From Octopus sinensis (lineage: Eukaryota): DNA of 64,000 bases. The position numbers and the translations under genes were made by a program. Each line of letters begins with the position of its first letter. The first letter of the stretch is position 1. The notes under the pieces are model-generated. The model was not told the DNA's origin and did not search any database. It worked only from the letters and a program-made list of their open reading frames with translations. Below are positions 51,535 through 64,000 of this stretch, one piece after another. The DNA is taken from assembly GCF_006345805.1 (NCBI RefSeq), contig NC_043007.1, forward strand, positions 47,740,001 to 47,804,000, written 5' to 3'.

Positions 51535-53141
51535 GTATGTATGTATGTATGTATGTATGTATGTATGTATGTATGTATGTATGTATGCATGCATGTATGT
51601 ATGTATGTATGTACGTCCGTACGTACGTGTGTGTGTGTATGTGTGTGTGTGTATTCACACACGTGTATCATTCACACTCTTGTATATGTATTACTCACGA
51701 CCACTTATAGGCTTTGTCACTAACTCAGTTTTTGACCAAATCAGATGATATCTACATTTTTAAATTGGTCACATGTTAAGCTACATTTTCAGTAACAAAA
51801 TTTGAAAATTTCGGGCCTTGTGCGTAGAATAGAAAAGATCATTCAGCATTTGAGAATAAAATTATTTCCTTATCTGTATCTTTTAATACATCTCAACGTT
51901 TCTAAAGCAAACTGTGTTTGTTTACTTTAAAATGAAAAATAGATTTTAGCAAAAATTTTTTTTTAATCATGTGTTTTGAAATATACAATTAAGATGGTCA
52001 TTTTATTTAGGTGTATCAAGTACAAACAATAAAATATTAAGTTATAAATAATATTGCACAAGATTTTTTTTCTTCACTTGAATTGAAATCCCATTAAAAA
52101 AAATAAGGAGAAGAAGAACTTTGCTCGCAGCAGAATGGTCATTAAATGGTTTCAAATCAACCATATACTCAGTCAATTTTTCTAATTCACCACTTTCAAT
52201 TTTCTCCTTGGGATGACTAATTAGGCGAATTTTACTGTATTTAAAAAAAAAATTAATTTCATTTTTAAAATACTGCTTTTTCCTAAATTTTGCTTCAATA
52301 ACCTATTTTCTGAAAATAATCAAAATTACTGGGGTTATATACGAAAAGAGTTTCTGAATATAAGCCCATAGGCTTAAAATCGGATGGGCTTATTTTTGGA
52401 AAAACAGTAATGTTTTTATAATTTTTATTTTGATAAAATATAGTAAATTTTTAAAATGTTATTCTCAGCTGCAATATTACAGCAGAATTTTAATTTTAAA
52501 TACTTTTTAGTTTCCTCTAGAGGTGACGAATTAGGCAAACTGTACTTTTCCAGGTGTAATAACTTAAGAATATTAGCATGCATGCTATTTCAATTCAAGT
52601 GAAGAAAAAAAATCTTGTGCAATATTATTTATAACTTAATATTTTATTGTTTGTACTTGATACACCTAAATAAAATGACCATCTTAATTGTATATTTCAA
52701 AACACATGATTAAAAAAAAATTTTTGCTAAAATCTATTTTTCATTTTAAAGTAAACAAACACAGTTTGCTTTAGAAACGTTGAGATGTATTAAAAGATAC
52801 AGATAAGGAAATAATTTTATTCTCAAATGCTGAATGATCTTTTCTATTCTACGCACAAGGCCCGAAATTTTCAAAGTTTGTTACTGAAAATGTAGCTTAA
52901 CATGTGACCAATTTAAAAATGTAGATATCATCTGATTTGGTCAAAAACTGAGTTAGTGACAAAGCCTATAAGTGGTCGTGAGTAATACATATACAAGAGT
53001 GTGAATGATACACGTGTGTGAATACACACACACACATACACACACACACGTACGTACGTACGTACATACATACATACATACATGCATGCATACATACATA
53101 CATACATACATACATACATACATACATACATACATACATAC
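51535..53141. repeat. near-perfect inverted duplication (~555-bp arms, 497-bp spacer)
   Basis: ~51535-52089 is the reverse complement of 52587-53141 with only a couple of visible differences. Confidence 0.92.
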
Positions 53142-53693
53142 ACAGAAGACATAATTACATGTCATTTGTATATGAGGTTTCTAACGACTGCAGATTCGCA
53201 GCCTCTAAGCAGTGCTTTGCTTTATAATATGTAAATTATTAAAAATATATAAAATTTCGTGGTGGTCGTGGTCCTCATCATCATCATCAAAATCATAATC
53301 ATCATTACTACCACCGTCGTCGTCATCATCCTCATCATCATCATTTATACTATTTATAGATGACCATTTATACTATTTACAGATTCCGATTGGTTGAATT
53401 TGTAAGGAATGTGTTCGAATCATTTAGCAGGACATCAATGTTTTATCTATTTTACACATTATTATTCGGTTACGGTTCATGAATAATATTTAACATTCTT
53501 GAATTTTACTAATAACACGAAAAAACAGTTTGATTCCACACAATGAGTACTTAATTATGGTTAATAACCCACACTACAATGTAGCGTGGATAATGGCCAA
53601 GCTCAGGCTTGTGTGAGTGTGTGTGTGTGTGTTTGTGTGGTAGGACAGACAAACACAAAGGCACATGCGCGCACACACAAACACACACACGCA

Positions 53694-53748
<55 letters not shown>

Positions 53749-53883
53749 AGGATTAAGTGAAAAGAACGCAACAAACGAGAAAATTTAACAAAAACATAAC
53801 AAATGGAAAAATAGACAAAACCATAGTACACGGGAAGTTCGCAGCTGATTCTTCATCAGTCAGTGTCTAGCAACGAACCCCTT

Positions 53884-54166
<283 letters not shown>

Positions 54167-54517
54167 CCATGATAGATCGGTAGCCACTACGCACATTTTT
54201 TTGTCCTTGTTTCTTTCTGTGGAAGAGCGTAGGCTTTAAACGTTAAAGACTTTTTCAATTCCCGAACGTTATACTAATACATCTGTTTGTTTTCTACACC
54301 ACCTGTCTTCGTCCTTTGTTTTTTTTCGTGAATTCTCTCCACCCCACCTATATATTTATATATATGGGCAACCTTTGATTTTTTTCTAAAAAAGGGTTTT
54401 TCAAGCCAATATTTACATGCTCTTGCTTATAGCTTTGTGTGTATGCTTCGTGAAATACTGTTCCAAAGGCGGCAACAACGACAGCGGTAGCAGCAGCAGT
54501 AGCAGCAACAGCAGCAA

Positions 54518-54548
<31 letters not shown>

Positions 54549-54569
54549 GATGTGAGGACACAAACACGG

Positions 54570-54925
54570 GAAAATGTCGAAACAATGGAGGGACACTTTA
54601 AGCTGCGACAACATAACCACAGATGCTCTTTCAGGATCCCAGAGATGCGCAACGTTTCGATATTGACCAATTAAATTACGGCACTTAACAGAAGAGGGAA
54701 CACCATACATGATTAAATGGAAGCTCCTGGAAGCTGTGGGAACAGCTAGGGCCATACCTAATCGGAAACAGACAATGTAAACTTTGCTTGGCCGAGAGGG
54801 CATGAATCTTTAAAAATTCGCTTGATCCGGGTGCCTTCTTAAGCTCAAAACGTGAGACTTTTAGTCGGTGCCGTCATAATAGGAAATTCATGTTAAAACT
54901 GCAGAAGTTTTTGCTTGCTGACTAG
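54570..54925 (+). mobile_element. Penelope-like GIY-YIG endonuclease C-terminal remnant
   Basis: FKLRQHNHRCSF..IKWKLL..CKLCLAE..SRCRH pattern with stops/frameshift; preceded by a (CAG/CAA)n tract. Confidence 0.75.
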
Positions 54926-55182
54926 TGAACGGAAAAGGGATATAAACTGACCATTCTCAGACACAATTGGAACCATTCAAAAGGAAGAAACTCTGTCTCT
55001 CCCAGAAGGGGTTTCGGTCCGAAAAAATTTCGTTTCTGGAGATTTTTCTCACCACCCAGCTGACAAAGATAGTCGGGGTACCTGTGGTTCTATGAGCAAC
55101 CTTCGAACGTCTCCTCCCTATTGAGGAATACTCGTTTTTAAAAGTTGTTTTTGTTAAACCTGCTTAGACGCAAAACCCTCAC

Positions 55183-55185
55183 ACC

Positions 55186-55220
<35 letters not shown>

Positions 55221-55329
55221 ACACACACATACACACATACACACACACACGCACGCACACACACGTGCACACGCACATACACACATACACATACATACAC
55301 ACACACGCACACACACACACACACACACA

Positions 55330-55365
<36 letters not shown>

Positions 55366-55385
55366 ACACACACACACACACACAC
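55183..55385. repeat. imperfect (CA)n microsatellite
   Basis: direct reading. Confidence 0.95.
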
Positions 55386-55924
55386 TCCTCTGCCGTCGTT
55401 AATGTTTTTCTTAACGTAAACCTTTTGTGGTTAATAAAGAAATCATTATTATTTTCTTTATCAGTTATCGTCATCATCGTTGCTGCTGTTGTTATTTTTT
55501 ACTATTAGTGTTGTAATTGATTTTATTATCATTCTTCTTCTTATCGTTATTGTTATTAAGGTGGCTAGCTAGCAGAATCGTTAGCATGCCAGGGAAAAAT
55601 GATTATCGGCATTTCGTCCGTCTTTACGTTCTGAGTTCAAATTTCGCCGAGGTCGACTTTGCCTTTCATAAGTACCAGTGAAACACTGGAGTTGATGTAA
55701 TTGACTAGTCTCCTCCCACCAAATTTCAGGCCTTGTGCCTTTACTAGAAAAGATTATCAATATTGTTATTTTCTTTACTTTATCACTACTTATCAATAGT
55801 TCCACAACAATGTTACTATACTCACTTATCCATTATGACTTGGTACCGGCGACTGTGGGGGTCACTCATTATTGTCCACACTACTCTGCATATCATATAT
55901 TTCCTCTTCCTCCTGCCTGTCTGT

Positions 55925-56039
55925 TTCTTCTTCTTCTTCTTCTTCTTCTTCTTCTTCTTCTTCTTCTTCTTCTTCTTCTTCTTCTTCTTCTTCTTCTTCT
56001 TCTTCTTCTTCTTCTTCTTCTTCTTCTTCTTCTTCTTCT
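55925..56039. repeat. (CTT)n microsatellite, ~38 units
   Basis: direct reading. Confidence 0.95.
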
Positions 56040-56488
56040 ACTTCATCTCTCTTCCACACTTTTATTGACTTTATATTTGCCTTGTTCCTCTTTCCATAAT
56101 TTTGTTTTAATTTTTATTATCAATTATACTTTTTGTTTCCTCTCGATACAAGCAAAGCACAACGCTTGGTACCTTTAATGAAGGTCTGAAAAAGTGCTAT
56201 TCTAATGTTTAAAACCATGAATATTACGTAAATTTTCACAAATTTTTCGTGAACTGGCATTGAAAACAGCGTGGTACAGAAACAATTGAAACAGGTCATT
56301 AAAGATACAATAAACTCTTTCTTTTTCTCCTTATTTGAATCATATTTTATTCTTCGCTAAATCTTCACAATGGTTTTATCGTCGTGACACCTGGATTTTC
56401 TGCGCCTGGAGAATTTCAGTCTTACGTAAGACTATAATCCGAGAGCGTAGAAAGCCTAAAGCTCAGATTTAGTGCTGCATTAGAAATA

Positions 56489-56560
<72 letters not shown>

Positions 56561-57531
56561 TGCCTAACTCAGTACCCTCACCGCCTACACCATTATACAA
56601 ATACTCACACACATTGTTCAACTCAGGACTCGCACCACACACCATTATACGCACACACACCTCACTCCACGCACACTAGCACCCAACACCTCACAGTACT
56701 CACACCACATGTCATTGTGCACACACCTACGCACACTCTCCGATATCCTCACCACACACGCCATTATACGAACACCTTTGCACACTGTTCAACTCACTAC
56801 CCACACCACACACCGTTATGCACACTTCTACACACGCACTCACATGCACATGCTTTCACACTATAGCATCCTATACTCTTGTCATCACTATCCCACCTTG
56901 CACCTCTATAATTCCCCCACAACACACAGTATTCACTCCAAAAAGCACACACAATGCACATGCACACATCAACTGCTATACACAAGCGTTTGGCACACAA
57001 ACACACATACACACGATAAACTCACACACATACTATACACAGACTCACACACACATACACGAAACGCGCGTCACTCCACAAAATGCAAGCACTAAGTTAC
57101 TTAAACACACCCACACGCTCCCATACGCGCACAATGGCCCACATAATTTTAAGCTCATTCACACATACATTCATATACGCTCGCTCCCGTTCACGCATGC
57201 ACACTCACACACACCATTCTCACATACACACACGCGCTTGCGCATTCTAGTTCAGTCGGGTCACCATTATCATCTCCCTTTCACTCAGCTTCTTTCTTTC
57301 GGTCATTTATTTCATCATTTTGAACCGTTATTCCCTACACATTTCTTTTCTCACTCCGTTTTTTTGTTCTCTCTCCGTTTCTTTCCTCTCAATCCTTTCT
57401 GTCGAAGAGCGTAGGCTCGAAACGTCAAACACTTTTCTATTCTTTCCGAGTGTCAAAATAATACACCTGCTTCTTGTTGCCTCATCTTTCTTCGACTCTT
57501 ATTTTCTGTAAATTTGAACTATATATATATT

Positions 57532-60108
57532 CTAGTTTCAGCTCAGAGCTGCGGCCATGCTGATGCACCGCCGTTTTGTGCTACACTGTTATTACGACGA
57601 ACCTCGTCTAATATGTGACACTTGGTGAAGAATGGAGTTTGATACAGCTACTCTCATTTGCACCTCTTGCCGTGAGGTAGGTTCATCTGGGACTCTTGAC
57701 AGGAAGATGTCCAGCTTTGATTTAAAAACCGCTACATCTACTTTGTGCAAGTTCCTCAAACTCTTTGGGAGAATATTAAAAAGCTCTGGGCCCTTGAAAC
57801 CCACGCTGTTGCAGAAGCTGGTCCTGAAGCGTGATGGCATTGCTGGGATCTTTGGCACTATGCAGTGTTGTCTTGTTCTAGCATTGGTGTAGCTTACAAT
57901 GCCAAAATTTGGCACAATTCCTTCCAGGATCTTCCAGACATATATTACTACATACCTCCCCCGTCTTCTCTCCAGGGAGTAGAGTCTTAGCTGTTTCAAC
58001 CTTTCCCAGTAGCTGAGCTGTTGCAAAGAGACGATCTTCTTTGTGAATATTCTCTGGATTGCTTCAAGGTCCGCTGTTAATTTTACACTGGTGAGTGACC
58101 ATAGCTGTGAGCAGTAATCCAGGCGGCTGAGGACGAATGTCCGCCAGAGGACCATCATGGTTTCCTTATCTCTGGTTCTGAATGTTCTTAGGATCCACCC
58201 AGCCAGTCGTCTGCACTTTGTCGCCATCCTGGTAATGTGCACTTGGAAAGAGGTATCATCACTCATGTCGATACCCAGGTCCCTCACAGACTTAGGCTCT
58301 GGGATTGAAATTTCCTGTGGACCGGTGTATCCTGTAAGTTTAATATTCAGTTCTGGATGCTGGTAGCGCAGGGCCTGGAATTTTTCAGCATTAAACTGCA
58401 TATTATTATCCCCAGCCCATCTGTAGATTGAGTCCAACTCCTGCTGCAGGTGTGCAACATCGCTGGGGTTCTGTATTTTCTGCGAGACTTTCGTATCGTC
58501 TGCATAGCTGGCCAGAGTGGCTATCCGGGCATTTGAGGGCATATCTGAGAGGGCCACTATAAAAAGCAGTGGTCCCAAGACAGTGCCCTGTGGAACACCG
58601 CTCACTATTTGTGTGTTCATAGAGGTGGCTCCATTAACCACTACTGCCTGACTCCTATCTTTCAGGAAGTCATGCGACCACACTCCAAGTTTTCCAGCTA
58701 TGCCGAGGTTACGTAGTTTGTGGCATATCATACCATGATCCACCTTGTCAAAAGCTTTTGCAAAATCAAGGTAGATTACGTTCACATTTGATTTGTTGAG
58801 TAACTGCCTCAACACCCAGTCATAATGTTGTAAGAGCTGGGTCAGGCAGCTCCTACCTGGTCGAAAACCATGCTGGGTATCACTCAGCAAGTTATTTTCC
58901 TCAAGGAATGCGATTAGTTTCTTTCTGACTATCCTTTCCATGACTTTGCTGATGTGTGAAGTCAGAGAGATAGGCCTATAGTTTTTGGCATCTGCTCTAC
59001 TTCCCCCTTTATGTATTGGGCATATTATTCCCTCCATCAGCTTGCTTGGCAGTTTGCCATTCGCAAGAAAGCTCTGGAAGAGAATCTTGAGGAGTTTTGC
59101 CAGGGCATGCTTACACGCTTTGAGGAGGATGGCTGGGAAACCATCTGGACCAGCAGCTGAGTTTGTATCCATTTCATCTATGGCTAGTAGGACATCTTTT
59201 TCGCTAATGTCAATACATTCTATTGTAACTGCCTCGCTGGTTATAGGTGAGTCGGCAAAGAAGTCCACTGGTTCGTTTACTTGTCTGTGTTCCAACGGGG
59301 TGGTAAAGACACTTTTGAACTGGTCATTCAGCATCTCACTGATCTTAGTTGGACTGTCTGTGAGGGAGCCATCCTTTTGGAGGAGGGATCCTATCTTGTA
59401 GTGCACTGAGACTGTTTCTTTCGTGTAATGAAAGAGGGCCTTTGGGTTTGATTTAATGTTTTTTATAACCCAGGCTTCTTTGTTTGCTTTCTCCTTCACA
59501 TAGGATTGTTGCAGCCTTTTTTCGATCTCCATCAGTGTTGTTTTTAGGCGGAACGTTTCGCTACTTTTGGGATGTTGGTTGAGACGATTTGCAACCTTCG
59601 TCCATCGTCTCATGAGGATCTTCCTGTCTCTTGGAATCTTGCTCCTATTTGTTTTGGCCTTGTGCTCTGGGACATATTTCTGGCATACGGCTTGCACAGA
59701 AAACATGAAACATTCTAGTTTCATGTCAATGTCTGGTGTGGAGAGACATTCCGGGCAGTCCTCTCTGAGGATCTCTTTTTGGATCGATTTCCAATCTGCT
59801 TTGTGGAAGTTCAGATTGGAGAGATTTCGGGTGCTTCCTTTAGGCTGTATGTCTCTGGTTAGTTTTGGCCCAAACATAGACAGCTCTATTATGTTGTGAT
59901 CCGAAACTGATGTCGGTGTCACTTTCACATCATGAATGATGTCCATATTGTTCGTGAAGCAGAGATCCAGAATGTTATTCGCCCTAGTTGGCTTAAGTAC
60001 AACTTGCTCCATGAAAAAGGCATTGGTGAGGTTGAGCAGGGACTCCACCTGTACTTGCTTGCAATGATTCATTCCTGAGAGTATGTGACCTTAGGGCCAT
60101 TTGACGTA
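57532..60108 (-). mobile_element. 5'-truncated CR1-group LINE
   Basis: contains the 826-aa ORF, short 3' UTR with hairpin, flanked by TATATATATATT at 57520-57531 and 60109-60120 (probable TSD). Confidence 0.92.
57592..60072 (-). CDS. LINE ORF2 portion: end of APE endonuclease plus reverse transcriptase
   Basis: PTRANNILDLCFTN, SDHNII, NYRPISLTS, QHGFRPGRSC, LDFAKAFDKV, GVPQGTVLGPLLF, YADD; the frame continues upstream through a stop, so the Met is internal. Confidence 0.92.
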   Translation of the reverse strand: MNHCKQVQVESLLNLTNAFFMEQVVLKPTRANNILDLCFTNNMDIIHDVKVTPTSVSDHNIIELSMFGPKLTRDIQPKGSTRNLSNLNFHKADWKSIQKEILREDCPECLSTPDIDMKLECFMFSVQAVCQKYVPEHKAKTNRSKIPRDRKILMRRWTKVANRLNQHPKSSETFRLKTTLMEIEKRLQQSYVKEKANKEAWVIKNIKSNPKALFHYTKETVSVHYKIGSLLQKDGSLTDSPTKISEMLNDQFKSVFTTPLEHRQVNEPVDFFADSPITSEAVTIECIDISEKDVLLAIDEMDTNSAAGPDGFPAILLKACKHALAKLLKILFQSFLANGKLPSKLMEGIICPIHKGGSRADAKNYRPISLTSHISKVMERIVRKKLIAFLEENNLLSDTQHGFRPGRSCLTQLLQHYDWVLRQLLNKSNVNVIYLDFAKAFDKVDHGMICHKLRNLGIAGKLGVWSHDFLKDRSQAVVVNGATSMNTQIVSGVPQGTVLGPLLFIVALSDMPSNARIATLASYADDTKVSQKIQNPSDVAHLQQELDSIYRWAGDNNMQFNAEKFQALRYQHPELNIKLTGYTGPQEISIPEPKSVRDLGIDMSDDTSFQVHITRMATKCRRLAGWILRTFRTRDKETMMVLWRTFVLSRLDYCSQLWSLTSVKLTADLEAIQRIFTKKIVSLQQLSYWERLKQLRLYSLERRRGRYVVIYVWKILEGIVPNFGIVSYTNARTRQHCIVPKIPAMPSRFRTSFCNSVGFKGPELFNILPKSLRNLHKVDVAVFKSKLDIFLSRVPDEPTSRQEVQMRVAVSNSILHQVSHIRRGSS

Positions 60109-60171
60109 TATATATATATTGAAAGTTTATAAAATACTTTTGACGTTAACAATATACAAATATTCTTATAC

Positions 60172-60219
<48 letters not shown>

Positions 60220-60224
60220 ACACA

Positions 60225-61100
60225 CGAGGGTGTGCTGAAAAGTTCATACGCTGACTATGAAAGAGTGATTTTAGAGCTGTGAAATCTAGCATGCATTAAT
60301 TTCAACTCTATTATTAATAATCGCATTGTTTTTTCCGAGTAAACTGACATCTATCTGTTCAAAGAATACCTCAAAACTAACTTGTAGCGACATCTATTGA
60401 AAATGGATTAAATTTGGCATCAAGGTGTTATCAAGAACCCGTAGAAAAAAGGTTTAGCCCCCAACAATATTCATGCTGACATGGTTGCTACAGCTTTATC
60501 AACAGTGCAAAGGTGGGCAGCTGAATTTAGGAAGGTTAAGGAAGAGTCTTGGAAATGGCCCAAAGACTGGACGTCTAGCAACTGCTTCTACCGACAAAAA
60601 CATTGATTGTATTCACAACATGACAGGCGATTGACAATAAATCAAATAGCCAATGTTATTAGCGTATACTATGAGAGAGTTGAGAACTTGGCATGACGGG
60701 GGTTTCTGCTCAGTAGGTAGCACATCTTCTGATGCCTGATGGACAATGCACCACGTTGATTGCATCACAGGAGAATCTGAAGCAGATTTTGAAGCAGATC
60801 CAGCTGGTTTCTTTGAACGTTTCCTAAACCAGGATGAGTGTTGGGTTCACCACTTTGAGCCAGAGACAAAGGGGCAATCCATGCAGTGAAAACACCCCCT
60901 CCTCACATACTCTCAAGAAGGTCAAAGTCGTTTCATTTGCTGGTAAGGTGATGACCTCAGATTTTTGTGATGGAAATTGCATTGTCTTTCTTGACTATCT
61001 TCAAAAGGGCCATACCATCAATGAGTACTATGCCAAATTTTTGAGGCAGTTACGGAAAGCTGTCAAGACCAAACGGCCAGGAAAACTGACGAAAGGTGTG
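60225..61100 (+). mobile_element. mariner transposon, 3'-truncated and decayed
   Basis: TIR CGAGGGTGTGCTGAAAAGTT; DECWVHHFEPETK..SMQ, AGKVM..FLDYLQKGHTIN..YY..LRQLR; same family as the 48.5 kb copy. Confidence 0.88.
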
Positions 61101-61146
61101 TGCAGATCTCGGTGGTAGTAGCAAATATTCGAACATGTGCACATGC

Positions 61147-61195
<49 letters not shown>

Positions 61196-61775
61196 TTTAA
61201 CCGCTATTGGTCAAGCCACAGTCAAGCTCAGTCAAGCGTTGAAAGAAGGAATTTGGCCTAGAGACAATAAAATTTTCTATCAATCTCTTTATTTTTATAT
61301 ACATTGATACTTACACACACACATACAAACGCACATATACACACAGATACAAACATGCATATATACATACATACATTTTCAGGAGTGTTCTATTGTTTCC
61401 TGCTACAATTCCATTGGGAATTATGTTTTGAGACTGGGTATAAACTGTTTTTTAATTGGAATATTTGGTATCTCTAAAGTGACAAAATCTATGGGTATTT
61501 ATCATAAAAGAGAATCCATTACATTTTTTAAGAAGTCAAGATACCTTTGTATATTGAAAGAGAGCCTCTTCATGCCTGATTGCCAGGAGGTGGGGGGAGG
61601 GGCTCCCTGTATTGAGTGCTACATTCCCTTCCTAGCAGCCCCACTCCTATATCTAGATACCCGTGGCAATTTCCCCCTCCGCACCCCTACAAATCCGGCC
61701 CTGGGTTTAGTTACTACTTTCATCTCTTTTAGAGATTTTCTAACAAGTTACTTTGCTTGTTATACACACACACGC

Positions 61776-61812
<37 letters not shown>

Positions 61813-62118
61813 ATATATATAATATATATATATATATAAATATATATATATAAACAGAGAGAGAGAGAGAGAGAGAGAAGCGAGAGGGAGACAGATAGAT
61901 AAATATTATTGATAGATATTTGAAAAATGAATAGGAATGGTTTTTCTGATAATTTTACTACTTCAATAATTTGAGGTTTACACACACACACGCGCGCACA
62001 CGCACACACACATCCTCCCACACACACCTAAAGCGAAGGTCTGATTCAGAACTTTTCCGTTTCCACCGGTCAAGTGATAATAACCGGTTTCATATCATTA
62101 AAGTTATATTAATCACAT

Positions 62119-62630
<512 letters not shown>

Positions 62631-62684
62631 TTATGCACATGTTCAGAATAGAATGGGTGACTAGATATGTCCAGTGTCACAGAT

Positions 62685-63450
62685 TTTTATTTCTTTATTG
62701 CCCACAAGGGACAAGACAAACAAGGACAGACAAACGGATTAAGTCGATTACATCGACCCCAGTGCGTGACTGGTACTTAATTTATCGACCCCGAAAGGAT
62801 GAAAGGCAAAGTCGACCTCGGTGGAATTTGAACTCAGAACGTAGCGGCAGACGAAATATCTATGTCTTTACTACCCACAAGGGGCTAAATACAGAGAGTA
62901 CAAACAAGGACAGACTAACGGATTAAGTCGATTATATCGACCCCAGTGCGTGACTGGTACTTATTTAATCGACCCCGAAAGGATGAAAGGCAAAGTCGAC
63001 CTCGGTGGAATTTGAACTCAGAACGTAGCGGCAGACGAAATATCTATTTCTTTACTACCCACAAGGGGCTAAATACAGAGAGTACAAACAAGGACAGACT
63101 AACGGATTAAGTCGATTATATCGACCCCAGTGCGTGACTGGTACTTATTTAATCGACCCCGAAAGGATGAAAGGCAAAGTCGACCTCGGTGGAATTTGAA
63201 CTCAGAACGTAGCGGCAGACGAAATATCTATTTCTTTACTACCCACAAGGGGCTAAATACAGAGAGTACAAACAAGGACAGACTAACGGATTAAGTCGAT
63301 TATATCGACCCCAGTGCGTAACTGGTACTTATTTAATCGACCCCGAAAGGATGAAAGGCAAAGTCGACCTCGGCGGAATTTGAACTCAGAACGTAACGGC
63401 AGACGAAATACTGCTAAGCATTTCGCCCGGCGTGCTAACGTTTCTGCCAG
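62685..63450 (-). repeat. tandem concatemer of a Nin/Deu-domain SINE (184-bp unit, ~4 copies)
   Basis: CAAGGACAGA recurs at 62721, 62905, 63089, 63273; single SINE head at ~63410-63450. Confidence 0.9.
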
Positions 63451-63677
63451 TGTCACAGATTTTAGCTGTTATATATATATATGTGTGTGTTTGAGTGTGA
63501 TGTGTGTTCGTTAATGGTTACTGTAACTCTGTAGTGACAGTTTATGTGCCTTGTTAGTATGTGTGTATAAAATGTTTATTATAGATGTATGTGCATGTGC
63601 AAGAGTGTGCATGTGTGTGTGTGCGTGTGTGTGTGTGTGCGTGTCTGTATTTATGTGTGTGTATTTATGTATTTATG

Positions 63678-63835
63678 TGCAAGTGTAGCCGTGTGGTAAG
63701 AAGTTTGCTTCTCGATCACATGGTTCCGAGTTCAGTCCCACTTCACAGAACCTTGGGCAAGTGTCGTCTACTGTAGCCTCGGGCTAAAGCCTTGTGAGTG
63801 GATTTGGTAGACAGAAACTGAAAGAAGCTCATCGT
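63678..63835 (+). mobile_element. SINE 5' half followed by (TCTA)n and (TG)n
   Basis: A/B box head as in other copies; (TCTA)n at 63840-63925. Confidence 0.75.
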
Positions 63836-63839
63836 TTAC

Positions 63840-63925
<86 letters not shown>

Positions 63926-63940
63926 GTCTGTGTGTATGTA

Positions 63941-63971
<31 letters not shown>

Positions 63972-64000
63972 GTGTGTGTGTGTGTGTCTGCGTTAGACAC

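Noticed and set aside
53835-53865. hammerhead on minus strand (CTGATGA)
   Set aside because: No GAAA or supporting stems
55735-56178. poly-L/F/S/E ORFs
   Set aside because: Translations of the (CTT)n microsatellite; no supporting gene structure
56480-57414. His/Thr-rich 128-198 aa ORFs
   Set aside because: Degenerate CA-rich low-complexity DNA
60834-61118. SETMAR-like host gene
   Set aside because: Frameshifted mariner transposase with TIR and no SET domain
62685-63450. CRISPR-like array
   Set aside because: Whole 184-bp units repeat with no unique spacers; SINE-derived; eukaryotic context with no cas genes

Overview
AT-rich, repeat-dense animal genomic DNA. The SINE/LINE repertoire suggests an octopus-type cephalopod; this is inference from pattern recall, not a search. 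Host genes on +: (1) MEMO1, eight coding exons from 382 to the stop at 16674, with the start-codon exon upstream of the window; (2) an unrecognised three-exon gene (28728-35455) encoding a ~100-aa coiled-coil-like protein, with a TTAGGG-containing MITE ending ~120 bp upstream of its ATG. The rest is mostly mobile DNA: Helitrons, mariners, CR1-, RTE-, CRE- and R4/Dong-like LINE pieces, Penelope remnants, TTAA/hAT/Merlin-like MITEs, tRNA-derived SINEs and microsatellites. Main points of interest: a hammerhead ribozyme motif with canonical core and very long stem II plus variant hammerhead-like motifs, a SINE/LINE pair sharing a covarying 3' hairpin, an apparently (CATA)n-targeting LINE, several long inverted repeats (possible dsRNA), a SINE concatemer, and an apparent CpG-decay boundary near 41 kb. 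All coordinates were read by eye and repeat boundaries are approximate.
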